A stretch of 46,083 bases of DNA from Rhizaria sp. SCN 62-66 (Eukaryota), in NCBI GenBank assembly GCA_001724265.1, contig MEDY01000242.1, forward strand, positions 1-46,083, read 5' to 3'. Position numbers and translations under genes: made by a program. The notes below the pieces were generated by a model. The model was not told the DNA's origin and did no database searches. It was given only the letters and a program-made list of their open reading frames with translations. Shown here piece by piece: positions 11,317 through 21,396 of this stretch. Position 1 is the first letter of the stretch. Every line of letters starts with the position of its first letter.

Positions 11317-13434
11317 ATGCGCCTGTTCCTGCGCTACGTTGCTCTGGCCCTTCTGGCTGCGGCTGGCCTGGCGTCCGCCGCGCCTGGCTCGCACGTCGTG
11401 GACCACAGCGACGTCTTCGACGCCGACAACTACTTCTCCGACACCCCTGTCGTCCGCGAGTGCGGCACCGAGATGTCCATCACGGACGTCAACCCGGCCT
11501 TCGCGTACGCCACCGTGCCGACCGAGGTTGTGGTCACCGGCTGCAACCTCGGCGGCGGCGACTGGACGTCGACCGTGCACATGCTCAACGTCGCGTGCAC
11601 GGTGACCGAGGCCACCGAGACGCAGATCAAGTGCAAGACGGGCGTCACTGACACCGCGGCGGGCCTCGGCGCCGTCCAGGTCACGCGCGCCAACGACGAC
11701 ACGGGCGCGTCTGAGTCGGTCTCGCGCCGCAACATGTTCATGTACTATCAGCCCAAGGTGGAGTCTGTCCACCCCGCCACCGTCGACGCCAAGGCCGGCG
11801 CGACGATCCGCCTCGTCGTCTCGGGCATGTACTTCGACGACTACGAGGTCTCGTTCGCGGGCGCCAAGGCCACCAAGGTTGAGATGAGCGAGACGTTCAT
11901 GCTCGTCACGCTGCCCGAGGCCGGGCTCACCGTTGGCTCGCTCGACATCACCATTTCCAACGCTATGCTCACCACGCCCGTGCTCGTCAAGAGCCGCGCG
12001 CTCGCCGTCACGGACTCCGGCGCCGAGCCCTTCGTCAAGTCGCTGCTGCCGACCTGGGCCGTGGGCCCCGTGCCCGCGCCCACGTTCAAGCTCGTCCTGG
12101 GCCAGGTCCCCGCTGACGTTGCCGCAGTGTCCGTCACCTTCGCGGGCATCAAGGCCAAGAACGTCAAGCTCGACGCCGCGACTGGCGTCATCACCGGCGC
12201 CACCCCCGCGTGTACCGCGGACACGTGCCTCGGCACGCGCCTCGTGCTAGTCTCGCTCGACGGCAAGGAGGTCGGCTCCTGGACCTTCACCTACCTCGCC
12301 GGCCCCGTCACGGGCACGGCCAACGTCTACCCCGGCCCCGCGCTGCCGTGCAACTACAACCACGACATGCTCGTCACCTTCGCCGGCTTCGACGGCAACG
12401 TCCCCGCGCTCATCAAGCTTGGCGCCTGGGAGCCCGAGGGCGAGCACAACCTCGTCGTCGTCTCCAACGGCTTCCGCTTCGACCTGGCCGCCGCCGACGC
12501 GCCCTACGCCTCGGGCGCGGTGCAGCTCATCGACGACGCCGGCAACGTCGTTTACGACGGCGGCAAGTTCACGCACGGCCCCGCCGTCGACGGCGTCGCC
12601 ATCACGCGCGTCATCTCGAAGCCCATGGAGATCGGCGCCGAGACGGCCGTGACCTTCTACGGCTACGGCTTCACCGAGCACGACGTCAAGTCCTTTGTCG
12701 CCGTCGGCGCGCGCACCGCCGCCGCGGCCGCCGGGGGCAGCGCCGACGTGACCCTGGACCTCACCACTGCGGGCGTGACGCAGTCGCGCGCGACGGGCTA
12801 CCTGACCGACTGCTCGGACTTCGAGGACCGCTGCCAGGCGGGCTCCTTCGACGTGGCGCTCTTCAACTCCAAGAACGAGCGCGTCGCCGTCGTCCCGGGT
12901 GCCGTCGTGCTCCAGTACAACAACAACTTCGGCATCCTTGCGTCCTACACCTTCCTCGCCTCGGCCAAGGACAAGACTCTCAAGGCCGTCGCCGCCTTCG
13001 CCGCGGCCGCCGCCGAGCTGACTGCTGTGCCCGCCGCGCGCGTCGCCGCGGGCACAGTCGCGGGCGACACGTTCACGGTGCAGGTGCTTCCCGCGCACGG
13101 CTCCATCCAGCCTGACGCCGAGACTCTGGCCGACAGCATCGAGGTCCTGGTCGCGGACGAGCTCTCGGACCTGCACAAGAAGGTTGCCGGCGTGGCCACG
13201 GTCGTGGGCGAGCGCCAGACGCTGCGCCGCTGCGGCGCCAACGACTACCGCGTCAAGTGCGGCAACGACGACGGCGGCAGCGGCGGCGACGACCACACGT
13301 GGATCTACGTCTGCGTCGGCATGGTTTGCGCCGCCATCGTCGCCGGCTTCGCCATCTACGTCTGCAAGAAGCGCGCTGACCAGCGCCGCGCCGTCGGTAT
13401 CCTCGACGATCACTACTCGCAGATCAACGAGTAA
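11317..13434 (+). CDS. Type I membrane protein with tandem IPT/TIG (Ig-like) domains, 705 aa
   Basis: Signal peptide MRLFLRYVALALLAAAGLASA. Repeated IPT-like starts (ITDVNP..EVVVTGCNL; VESVHP..IRLVVSG; VKSLLP; ITRVIS..VTFYGYGF). One hydrophobic helix WIYVCVGMVCAAIVAGFAIYVC followed by KKR, then a short tail ending YSQINE. Strong C/G-ending codon bias; TAA stop; no introns seen. Confidence 0.85.
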   Translation: MRLFLRYVALALLAAAGLASAAPGSHVVDHSDVFDADNYFSDTPVVRECGTEMSITDVNPAFAYATVPTEVVVTGCNLGGGDWTSTVHMLNVACTVTEATETQIKCKTGVTDTAAGLGAVQVTRANDDTGASESVSRRNMFMYYQPKVESVHPATVDAKAGATIRLVVSGMYFDDYEVSFAGAKATKVEMSETFMLVTLPEAGLTVGSLDITISNAMLTTPVLVKSRALAVTDSGAEPFVKSLLPTWAVGPVPAPTFKLVLGQVPADVAAVSVTFAGIKAKNVKLDAATGVITGATPACTADTCLGTRLVLVSLDGKEVGSWTFTYLAGPVTGTANVYPGPALPCNYNHDMLVTFAGFDGNVPALIKLGAWEPEGEHNLVVVSNGFRFDLAAADAPYASGAVQLIDDAGNVVYDGGKFTHGPAVDGVAITRVISKPMEIGAETAVTFYGYGFTEHDVKSFVAVGARTAAAAAGGSADVTLDLTTAGVTQSRATGYLTDCSDFEDRCQAGSFDVALFNSKNERVAVVPGAVVLQYNNNFGILASYTFLASAKDKTLKAVAAFAAAAAELTAVPAARVAAGTVAGDTFTVQVLPAHGSIQPDAETLADSIEVLVADELSDLHKKVAGVATVVGERQTLRRCGANDYRVKCGNDDGGSGGDDHTWIYVCVGMVCAAIVAGFAIYVCKKRADQRRAVGILDDHYSQINE

Positions 13435-13779
13435 GTCTGCTGCCGTGCGTGTGTCATGTACTTTTAAGGACTTTCAATTTAAATAAATACAGCTTTTGCT
13501 ATTTCACTTTGATGATAGGCAATCAGTAGAGCTATGCTTTGGTCTATGAATATGGTTGTGTGTATAAATATGACTCGCAACAAATACAATCGAATGTGTT
13601 GTTTGTCTGGGGGGTTGTGTTTTGCTTGACTCCGGCCATCATCACGAGTAAAGCTCGTTTTAAATACGTCTATGCGATGCGACGTCACTTACTTGTTCAC
13701 AGTCTATAATTCTTCTTCATAGATTCACAATTATCGGTTACTCTCAATAAACTCACCAAACACACCGTCGCGTTCACCT

Positions 13780-16700
13780 TCACCGCTTGCGGTAGTAGAA
13801 GATCTGCCCCAGCACGGCGACGTTGAGAGCGATGCTGGACCAGTACCCCGCGAGGATATTCACGTCGTTCTGCCCCTCCTTGGCCGAGGTCCAGAGGCGG
13901 ATGAGCGAGCCGCAGAGGTTGACCGCAAACGACGTTGGGTTCAGCATGGCCGGGTCCTTGCTGCGGTAGAGCTTGGCCATCTGCGGCACGCGCGAGAAGC
14001 AATAGAGCGCGACTCTAGCCATCTGCAGCGCCCCCAGCACGCGCGGGAAGCGTAGCAGCGGCAGCAACGCCACGGGCAACGCGAGGGTCCCCGCGGCGGC
14101 CAGACGGCCGCGCACACCCTTGCCGAAGAGCAGGAAGGCGACGGCGATGGCGAGGTTGCCCGCGCCCAGCGAGAGGTTCTCGCCGTAGGTGCCAAGCGGG
14201 TGGCCGAGGCGCCACGAGTAGAGCGCGGCGACGACCTGCGTCGCGAGCTCCATGGCAAACATCGGCAGCGACAGCCCCGCCACGGAGCGGTGCGCGAAGA
14301 CCTCCGCGATCTGCGGCGCCTTGGAGAGCAAAGAGCCCAGCGAGATGGCCAGGCCGAGCAGCTTCGCTACGAGCTTGCTTTTGCCGCCGCCGCTGCTCGC
14401 AGCCACAGCGGTGTCAGCGGCGCTCTTGACTGCGTTCGCGTCCTTGCTGCCGGCGACAGCGACCGAGGCGTTGGCGCCAGCGAGCGCAACGGCAGGCTGC
14501 GGCTGCACGGGAACGGCCAGTGACGACGACGACTCGGCCACAGCAGCCGCCGCGGGCGCAGCACTGTGCGCAGCAGCAGCACTGAGAGCGCTGGCACTGC
14601 GAGCGGGCGAGACGCCCGCCGATGCCTGGCGCGCGGCGGCGGCCGCGGCGGCCTTGGTCTTGACCGCGACCGCGACTGGAGACATGCCGCCGAGCCGCGC
14701 AGCCGCCCCAGCAGCGGCAGCGGCGGCGGCGGCAGCGCTCGAGTCGGCGCTGGGGTCGGCCGTGGCGAGCGCCATGTCGGAGATGGCCATCGTGACAAAC
14801 TCGCTCTTGGTGGGCGCGCTCGCAGTGCTGCTCTTTGCGCTGTTGGTATTGTTGTTGCTGAAGCCGGCGGCGGCGAAGGTGGCAGTGGCGGCCGCGGCGG
14901 CAGCGGCGGCGGCGGTCTCCGCATCCGCAGCGGCGGCAGCGGCGGCAGCGGCGGCAACGGCGGCTGCAGCGGCGACGGCGGCGGCCGACACGGACGCCGA
15001 CGCCGACGCCGAGTGCTGCTGCGACGTAGAGAGCTGTGCCCCATGCTGCGAGGCGGGAGCAGCGCCCGCGGCGGCGGCAGCGACGGCGATCGAAGACGCC
15101 GCCGAGGGCACGCGCGCCGGCGCGGGGGGGTTCGGGGACCGCAGGCCGGCGCCGACGCCGACGCCGGCGCCCACGCCAGGAGCAGTGGCCGCCGCGGGAG
15201 TCGCGGCCGAGACGGAGCCGGGCTTGTTGCCCGCGGCGGGCTGCTGTGACTTTACGGCGGGCGCAGGCGTGCGCTGCTGCGAAAACGACTTGAGCGCCTT
15301 GGCGTTTTTCGGCCCCTTGACGGCGGCCTTGTTGCGTCTGCCGCTGCCCTGCCGGCCGCTGACATTGTCAGCCGCTGTCACAGTTGCCTTGCTGCTACTG
15401 GTGTCCGGATTGGCTCTCGAATTCTGGTTTTTGTTGTTCGTATCGGCATCAGCCTTCGCATCAATCTTCACACCGTCAACACTGTCGCCGTTGTCGTTGC
15501 TGCCAATGTCGTCACCGAACGCGCCAGCGCCATCGTCGTCGTCGACGTCAACGCCGTCGTCGCCGTCGCCGTCGACGTCGCCGTCGTCCCCGTTGTCATC
15601 GCAGTCGTCGTCGCCGTCGCCGTCGCTGGCCGCCGCTGCCGCAGCAGCCGCCGCCGCCGCCGCGGCTGCCGCCGCCGCCGCGCCTCCGGAACCGGCACCC
15701 GTGCCTGCGCCCGCAGCAGCAGCGGCGCCAGCACCAGCGACGGTAATCCCGCCGTGGGAGCGACGCGCGCGGCGCCCGCTGCCGCCGCCGTGGAGACCGT
15801 GGCCGTGGCCGTGGTGCACACGAGGGTGGCCGTGAGCAGAGTAACCGTTCGCGGCGCTGGCGGCCGTCGCGCCGACAGCGGGCTCGCCGCTAGCAGAAGA
15901 CACAGCTCCAGCGCCTGCGCCTGCGCCAGTGCCAGTGTCAGAGCTGGCGCCAGCGGCAGCGGCCGCGGCAGCGGCAGCGGCCGACTTGCCCGCGGCGCCC
16001 ATGGCTGTCACGGACCGCCCCGCGCCGCCGCTGGCCGCGCCGAGCCCAGCGCCGCCCTGCATCCCATGTGTTCCGTGGGCGCCGCTGCCGCCCGCGATGG
16101 CCTTGACGCGGGCTGCGGCACCGGACCGCGAGCTGGGGAGGTCCTTGGCGAGCGTGAGCGTGTGCGAGTGGGAGAACGAAGTCAGGTCGCTGCGAGCGAG
16201 CTCGCTGCGGCACGCGCCGCCGGTCGCGCTCGAGTCGCGCCGACTGCCCAGGCTGCCGCAGTCGTCGTCGTTGTCGTTGTCTTCGGCGCCAGCGACGTTG
16301 TGCCCCCGGTCGCGGTCTTGCTCATGCTCACGGTCATGCTCGCAGTCCCGGTCGCGGGCGAGGTCGCCAATGCTCGCACAAGCCCCAAGACCCGCACTGA
16401 CAGCGTTGTTGAGGTGGTGAAGATGGTGATGGTCGTCGTCTCCGTTGCTGTTGCTGTGTGTATTGCTGCTGGTGTGGCGATTGTTGGCCCCCGCGCGCTG
16501 GTGGTTGCTGCTGCGCGGGCTGCCGCTGTGCACGCTGTTGCTCGCGCTATTGACGCTGTTGGCGGTGTGGTTGAGGTTGCGCAGCGCCGCCGCGGCCGGG
16601 GGCAGCCGGTGCGCCGCGGCGACGCTGCCCGCGACCGGGACGGACACGGGCATTGCGAGCGCGGCATCGCTGTGCGTGTCGTTGTTGTTGGCGTTGTTGG

Positions 16701-17706
16701 AGGCGTTGGCCGCTCTGAGCAGGCTGGCGAGCGCGGTGGCCGCGTCAGCGCCGGAGCCCACCGCGACGCTCACTGGACCCATCACACTCGCGGTGCCAGG
16801 GCCAGTGCCAGCGCCAGCGCCAGCACCAGTGCCGTAGCCATAGCCGTAGCCGGAGCCGGCGGCGTTGTTGTGGCCGGGGCCGGCGACCGAGGCGGCGCCG
16901 GAGGTGGAGCCCGAGGCCGAGTGCGACGAGTGCGGCGGCGCCATGGACGGCGCGGCCGACTGCGCGGCCGACGGGGCGACCGACGGGGCAACCGAGGGGG
17001 CGAGCGAGGGCGTCGGCGTGGGCAGAACAGTCGGCGGGGGCAGCCCCGGGAGATGCGGGCTCGCGGGCGTGGGCACGCTGCCCAGCGCCGCGCGCAGCGC
17101 CATCGCGGCAGTCATCGCGCCGTGAACAGAGGCGGCCGCGGCAGCGGCGGTGGGAGCCGTGTTGTCAGCGGTGTTCGCGGCGTGGCTGGTGGTAGTGGTG
17201 TTGTTGCTGTTGGCGAGGGCTGAGAGCGAGGCTGCGGAGGACACTGGGGGCAGGCCGCGGGAGTGCGCGGGCGCGGAGCCAGGAACGACAGCAGCAGCGG
17301 GCGCGGCGGCGAGCGCGGATGCGAGCGCGGAGGTAGCGTTGGCACTGGTGACGAGGGCGGGGCTCGGGGGCGGCAGCGGGGGTCGCGGGGAGCCGGCGCC
17401 GGCGTTCGCGTTGTTGCTGCCAGCGCCAAAGGCAGTGGAGGAGTCAGCAAGCGCGTGCGCGGCAGCGTCTGCCGCGGCGGCGAGCGCAGCCGCCGCAGAC
17501 GCCGAGAGCGATGCCGAGGGCAGCACCGATGACGAGACCGAGCGGCTCTGGCGCGCCTGGCCGCCCGCGTCCGCGCCCGCCGCCGCGGCCGGGAACAGCG
17601 GCGTGCGCGCGGGCTGCGGGGCCGGCGCCTCGGGGGCCGGCGGCGGGGGCGCGGCGACCGCGTCCAGGGCCGCACCCGGGGCCGCGGAGAGCGGGAGCGA
17701 CGCCAT
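13780..17706 (-). CDS. MPDU1: MPDU1-like double PQ-loop membrane protein with a ~1100-aa low-complexity N-terminal extension, 1308 aa
   Basis: The last ~200 aa (about 14375-13780) carry the MPDU1/Lec35 pattern: KLLGLAISLGSLLSKAPQI, SVAGLS, LYSWRLGHPLGTYGE, RVPQM, GSLIRLWTS, LNVAVLGQIFYY. Single open frame from ATG 17706 to TGA. Confidence 0.85.
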   Translation of the reverse strand: MASLPLSAAPGAALDAVAAPPPPAPEAPAPQPARTPLFPAAAAGADAGGQARQSRSVSSSVLPSASLSASAAAALAAAADAAAHALADSSTAFGAGSNNANAGAGSPRPPLPPPSPALVTSANATSALASALAAAPAAAVVPGSAPAHSRGLPPVSSAASLSALANSNNTTTTSHAANTADNTAPTAAAAAASVHGAMTAAMALRAALGSVPTPASPHLPGLPPPTVLPTPTPSLAPSVAPSVAPSAAQSAAPSMAPPHSSHSASGSTSGAASVAGPGHNNAAGSGYGYGYGTGAGAGAGTGPGTASVMGPVSVAVGSGADAATALASLLRAANASNNANNNDTHSDAALAMPVSVPVAGSVAAAHRLPPAAAALRNLNHTANSVNSASNSVHSGSPRSSNHQRAGANNRHTSSNTHSNSNGDDDHHHLHHLNNAVSAGLGACASIGDLARDRDCEHDREHEQDRDRGHNVAGAEDNDNDDDCGSLGSRRDSSATGGACRSELARSDLTSFSHSHTLTLAKDLPSSRSGAAARVKAIAGGSGAHGTHGMQGGAGLGAASGGAGRSVTAMGAAGKSAAAAAAAAAAGASSDTGTGAGAGAGAVSSASGEPAVGATAASAANGYSAHGHPRVHHGHGHGLHGGGSGRRARRSHGGITVAGAGAAAAAGAGTGAGSGGAAAAAAAAAAAAAAAAAASDGDGDDDCDDNGDDGDVDGDGDDGVDVDDDDGAGAFGDDIGSNDNGDSVDGVKIDAKADADTNNKNQNSRANPDTSSSKATVTAADNVSGRQGSGRRNKAAVKGPKNAKALKSFSQQRTPAPAVKSQQPAAGNKPGSVSAATPAAATAPGVGAGVGVGAGLRSPNPPAPARVPSAASSIAVAAAAAGAAPASQHGAQLSTSQQHSASASASVSAAAVAAAAAVAAAAAAAAAADAETAAAAAAAAATATFAAAGFSNNNTNSAKSSTASAPTKSEFVTMAISDMALATADPSADSSAAAAAAAAAGAAARLGGMSPVAVAVKTKAAAAAAARQASAGVSPARSASALSAAAAHSAAPAAAAVAESSSSLAVPVQPQPAVALAGANASVAVAGSKDANAVKSAADTAVAASSGGGKSKLVAKLLGLAISLGSLLSKAPQIAEVFAHRSVAGLSLPMFAMELATQVVAALYSWRLGHPLGTYGENLSLGAGNLAIAVAFLLFGKGVRGRLAAAGTLALPVALLPLLRFPRVLGALQMARVALYCFSRVPQMAKLYRSKDPAMLNPTSFAVNLCGSLIRLWTSAKEGQNDVNILAGYWSSIALNVAVLGQIFYYRKR

Positions 17707-18174
17707 CGGGAAGGAGACGGGTGCTCAACGGCTGCGGGCGCGACACGGACAAGGAGGAAAAACGGATGCCGAGCAGGGAGGATGCGAGATATAGACGTAA
17801 TATCAAGATATTAGGTAGCATTGTGATAAAAGAATGACATATTTGAGAATTTCTGCCGTGGGGGTTGATATCAGGCGGCCGACCGGAGCGGAATCGACTG
17901 TTCTGATGAGGTGTCAAGCCGTGAGGAAAAGTACTCCGGCATCAGTCTTAACGCACGGTTCTAGCAAAGGAATATTACATAAAGAGTGAAACGCACTAAT
18001 ACTAATCGAAAACAAAGTCACACTTCACGACTCACGAATATATGCCCGAGATATTGACCCGCAGAGTTATAACCACCGGACGCAGGGTTCTTCAGCTACA
18101 GCCCCGACCGCCTGTCAGTTGGTGGAGTCATTGCTTCATCCTTTCGTGTCCCAATCTGACCTGTAATCTCCGTC

Positions 18175-19599
18175 ATGGCCACTGACAGCGGACCACAGGG
18201 TCAATCAGTGTATGACTTTGGACAATCCAAATTTGCACTCGAAGGAGATGCTTTTCTGAGCAGTCTGTCCGATGAATTGTCTGGCAGGGGCATCTCGTCA
18301 ACAGCTCTGGCTTCCACCGCTCCCAACCCTTACAGGAGGGAGTCCTGGCTTCAGGTACGATTTTTTTCAAATTTCAACGACTATCCACACTATTCAAAGC
18401 TGCACACCCGCGTCACATCGCTTAGACCTCCAAATATCCCTCGGATCACCCCTCCACCTCGCTCACGTCCGTTACCACTTGCCTCCATTGCCTCCCTTGC
18501 TTCCCCAGGCTCAAATCTCGCGCCTGCTCGCGCTGCCCACCGTCGCCGCGCGCCGCCAACGCATGCTCTCGCTCTTCTTGCTTCCCGCTTTGTCGTCTTT
18601 GGCGTCCTCCCCCGCGCTCTGCGCCTTCGAGGTCGACGCCGCGCTCCGCGACCTTTCCTTCGCAACGTCCGCCGGGTTCTCGCCTGAACAGTCCGTGCTT
18701 GTGCTCTACATCGCCGCGCGCCTCCGCGCCGCGCTCGCGACGGGTGGCGGCAGCTCCGCGCCCGACGCCGCCGCGCTGGCGTTGCTGTTCAAGCGCATGG
18801 TCGCCGCCGCCACCGCCGTCCCCGCGCGCTACGTCGTCTCCCCCAGCAGCAGCAGCACCACCACCACCACCACAAGCAGCAGCGGTAGTCACAGTACTCA
18901 CAGTATTCACTCGCAGTCGCACGCGCTTGCGCTGGGCGCAGACCAGCATGGCGCGCACGGGCACTCGCACGCGTTCGCCGGCGGCGTCGGCCACGGCCAC
19001 GGCCACGGCCATGCCTCTGACTCGTCACACCCCGACCACCATCACCTACACAGTGACGCTGACGCGGCGTACACGTCTGCCGCGGCCGTGGCCGCCGCCG
19101 CCGCCGCCTCTGCCGCGGCCGCCGCGGACGCCGCGAGCGGGTTCCCTCCGTCGCAGCCGCACGCTCACCCGCGGTCGCTGGCCGCCGCGGTCGCCGCCGC
19201 CGCCGCCGCCGCCCGGTCCTTCCGGGCCGCGGCGGCCGCCACGGCTTCGGCCGAGGCTCTGAGCGCGCGCGCCAGCGCGGGCGGCAGCGGCGGCGGGCGC
19301 GCGTCGGCGCGCCTGCCCGCGCACCTGCTGTCGCTCACGGTGCCGCCCGTCGCTGCGCCCCGCAGCGGCAGCGCGCGCGCCGACACGAGCTCTGCGGGCG
19401 TTGGCGGCGCAAACGCGAGCGCAACCGCGGGGGAGAGCGCTGCGAGTGGTGTTGCGACGGCGGCCGCTGAGACCGCGCTGCCGCCGACGCTTACTCTGAT
19501 CGGTCCGCCCGCTCCCGGCTCGATCAGCAGCTCGAGCTCTCGTGGCTACAGCACATCCAGCAGTTCGCGCTCTGCATCATCATCGTCAGCGTCGTCGTT

Positions 19600-19635
<36 letters not shown>

Positions 19636-20905
19636 GTATATCTCTGCGACCTCTGCGTCCGTCTCCGCCGCCTCCGCGGCCACCGCGTCCGCCGCCACCG
19701 CTGCGCAGCAGGAGCGCTCGCGGCGCGCCGCCGCGGCCGCGCGCGCGCTGCACGTGCCAACCTTCGCCTGTCTCATGACGCCGGCTCAGGCGCGCGGACT
19801 GGTCGACCACGTAGCGGGCACCATCTTTGCCCGGCTCGCGCTGCTCAGGGCGCTCTACTCGCCGCGCTTCCGCCGACTCGCCTGCAGCAGTAGCATTATC
19901 GGCAACGGCAACAGCGCTGCGGTGAGTGCAGATAGCAAGCTTAACACGCCTGCGAACGGCAACAGCCCCGGGCTGAGCTCGGCACTGCTGCCGCCGGTTG
20001 AGACGGCGTCCTCCGCCGCCGGTCCCGGCCCGCGCGGGTGGCAGCCGCTCGCCGTCGCGCGAATGGTGCCGCAGCCCCCCGCCGACGCCAACGGCGCTGC
20101 GCGGAGCGCGGGCGCGCACTGCGACGCGACTGGCAGCGCTGCGCAGACCGCGGCTGCGGCTGCGAGTGGTCGTGCTATTAGTGTTGCCGGCACCACGGGC
20201 GGCTTGGCGGCGGCGCGTCGCGGCTTCGTCACTCCGTCAACAGTTCCCTCAAACGCCAACGCTCTGATCAATAACATCAACAGCAACAACCGCACTGCCG
20301 CCCGTGCGACGACTGCGGCTCTGGCGCAGACGGCGGCGCAGGGCCCGCAGCCGTGGTGTTCCCCCGCTGCGGCCGCCGTCGTGGCCCTGACCGTGGGGTC
20401 TGACCCCGCGGCGGCGGCGGAGGCCGACGTCTTCGCGTTCGAGGCCGCGTTCGCCATGCGCGCGCTGTCGGCTACTGCGCTGTACAACGCCGCCGTGCGC
20501 GACGCCTCCGCCCCCGCCCTCTCACTAGCGCAGCCATAGTCGCAGTCGTCCGCGTCTGACTCGGTGGACGCTGCGGCGCGCGCGCTGTCCGCGCAGCTGC
20601 TGCGGCGCGTGGCCTCCCGCGGCGACCCGCTGGCGGCGCCCGTGGCGCAGCTGCTGGGTGTGGGCGCAGCAGTGCACGGCACCGTCGCCGCCACGGCCGC
20701 CGCGGCGCACGCGGCCGCGCAGCGCGCGCTCGATGCGCGGGCCGCGGCGCTCGAGGCGCGGCTCGCCGCCGCCGCGGCTGCACTGGCGCAGGTGCAGGCG
20801 GAGCTCGCGCGCGCGCCGCCGCCCGCACCCGCGCCGGGGGCCGGAGGCAGGCGTGCGGCGGCGGCCGCGGCGGCTGCGGCGGCTGCGGCGGCGGAGGGAC
20901 GCTGA
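18175..20905 (+). CDS. CFAP119: CFAP119/CCDC189-like flagellar central-pair C1a-32 family protein, ~858 aa; exons 18175-18354 and 18509-20905; in-frame TAG at 20537-20539
   Basis: Family-like motifs recognised from memory: DLSFATSAGFSPEQSVLVL, LFKRMV, and TPAQARGLVDHVAGTIFARLALLRALY. Phase-0 intron 18355-18508 (GTACGA..CAG). The frame continues past the TAG into a coiled-coil-like tail (ALDARAAALEARL) ending at TGA. Confidence 0.65.
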
Positions 20906-21396
20906 AGGTAACGAAGATCAGTTCCCACAGTCTTATTTGCAATATATATCGCGGCAGTCCCTCTGCGTGTATAACTGATGTGATGAGAAAAATGCCGGCG
21001 AATGGCCATTTGAAGACGTACGGACCTCCAAAGTCTCGCTTGGCGACTTCCTTAAAGAAAGATATGCCATCTGGATGTTAGAAAACTTACTCAACGTTAT
21101 GTATTCAATAAATTCCCCAAATCCTTGCTGTGGACTATGATTTCCCTGCTTTATATTGATGTTGCCTATGACATGTATTAGTACATGTAAATACAGTAAG
21201 CCTACAATGTTTCATCCTACAATGTTTCTTGAAATTCTTGTTGTTTCAAGTTCATCGAAGGGAAAAAGATATTTAGGACAATGAAAACGCTATAAAACAT
21301 GTATTTTTATGATTACGAGGCAAATACAGCTGCTAACTAAGTAACATCTTTCCTATTGTCAACAAATATCTCCGGGAATATAACTTAAAGTTGATT

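Noticed and set aside
12247-13413. Long antisense and alternative-frame ORFs (e.g. 12247-13413 -, 42535-43410 -, 26831-28657 +, 14252-15835 +, 32267-33901 +)
   Set aside because: These are shadows of GC-rich, codon-biased real genes. They give Arg-rich or mirror-image translations with no recognisable motifs.
21161-21228. X-box-like GTTGCCTATGACAT and a 13-bp near-tandem duplication (CCTACAATGTTTC x2)
   Set aside because: They lie between convergent 3' ends rather than in a promoter. The X-box match is weak and short duplications are common.
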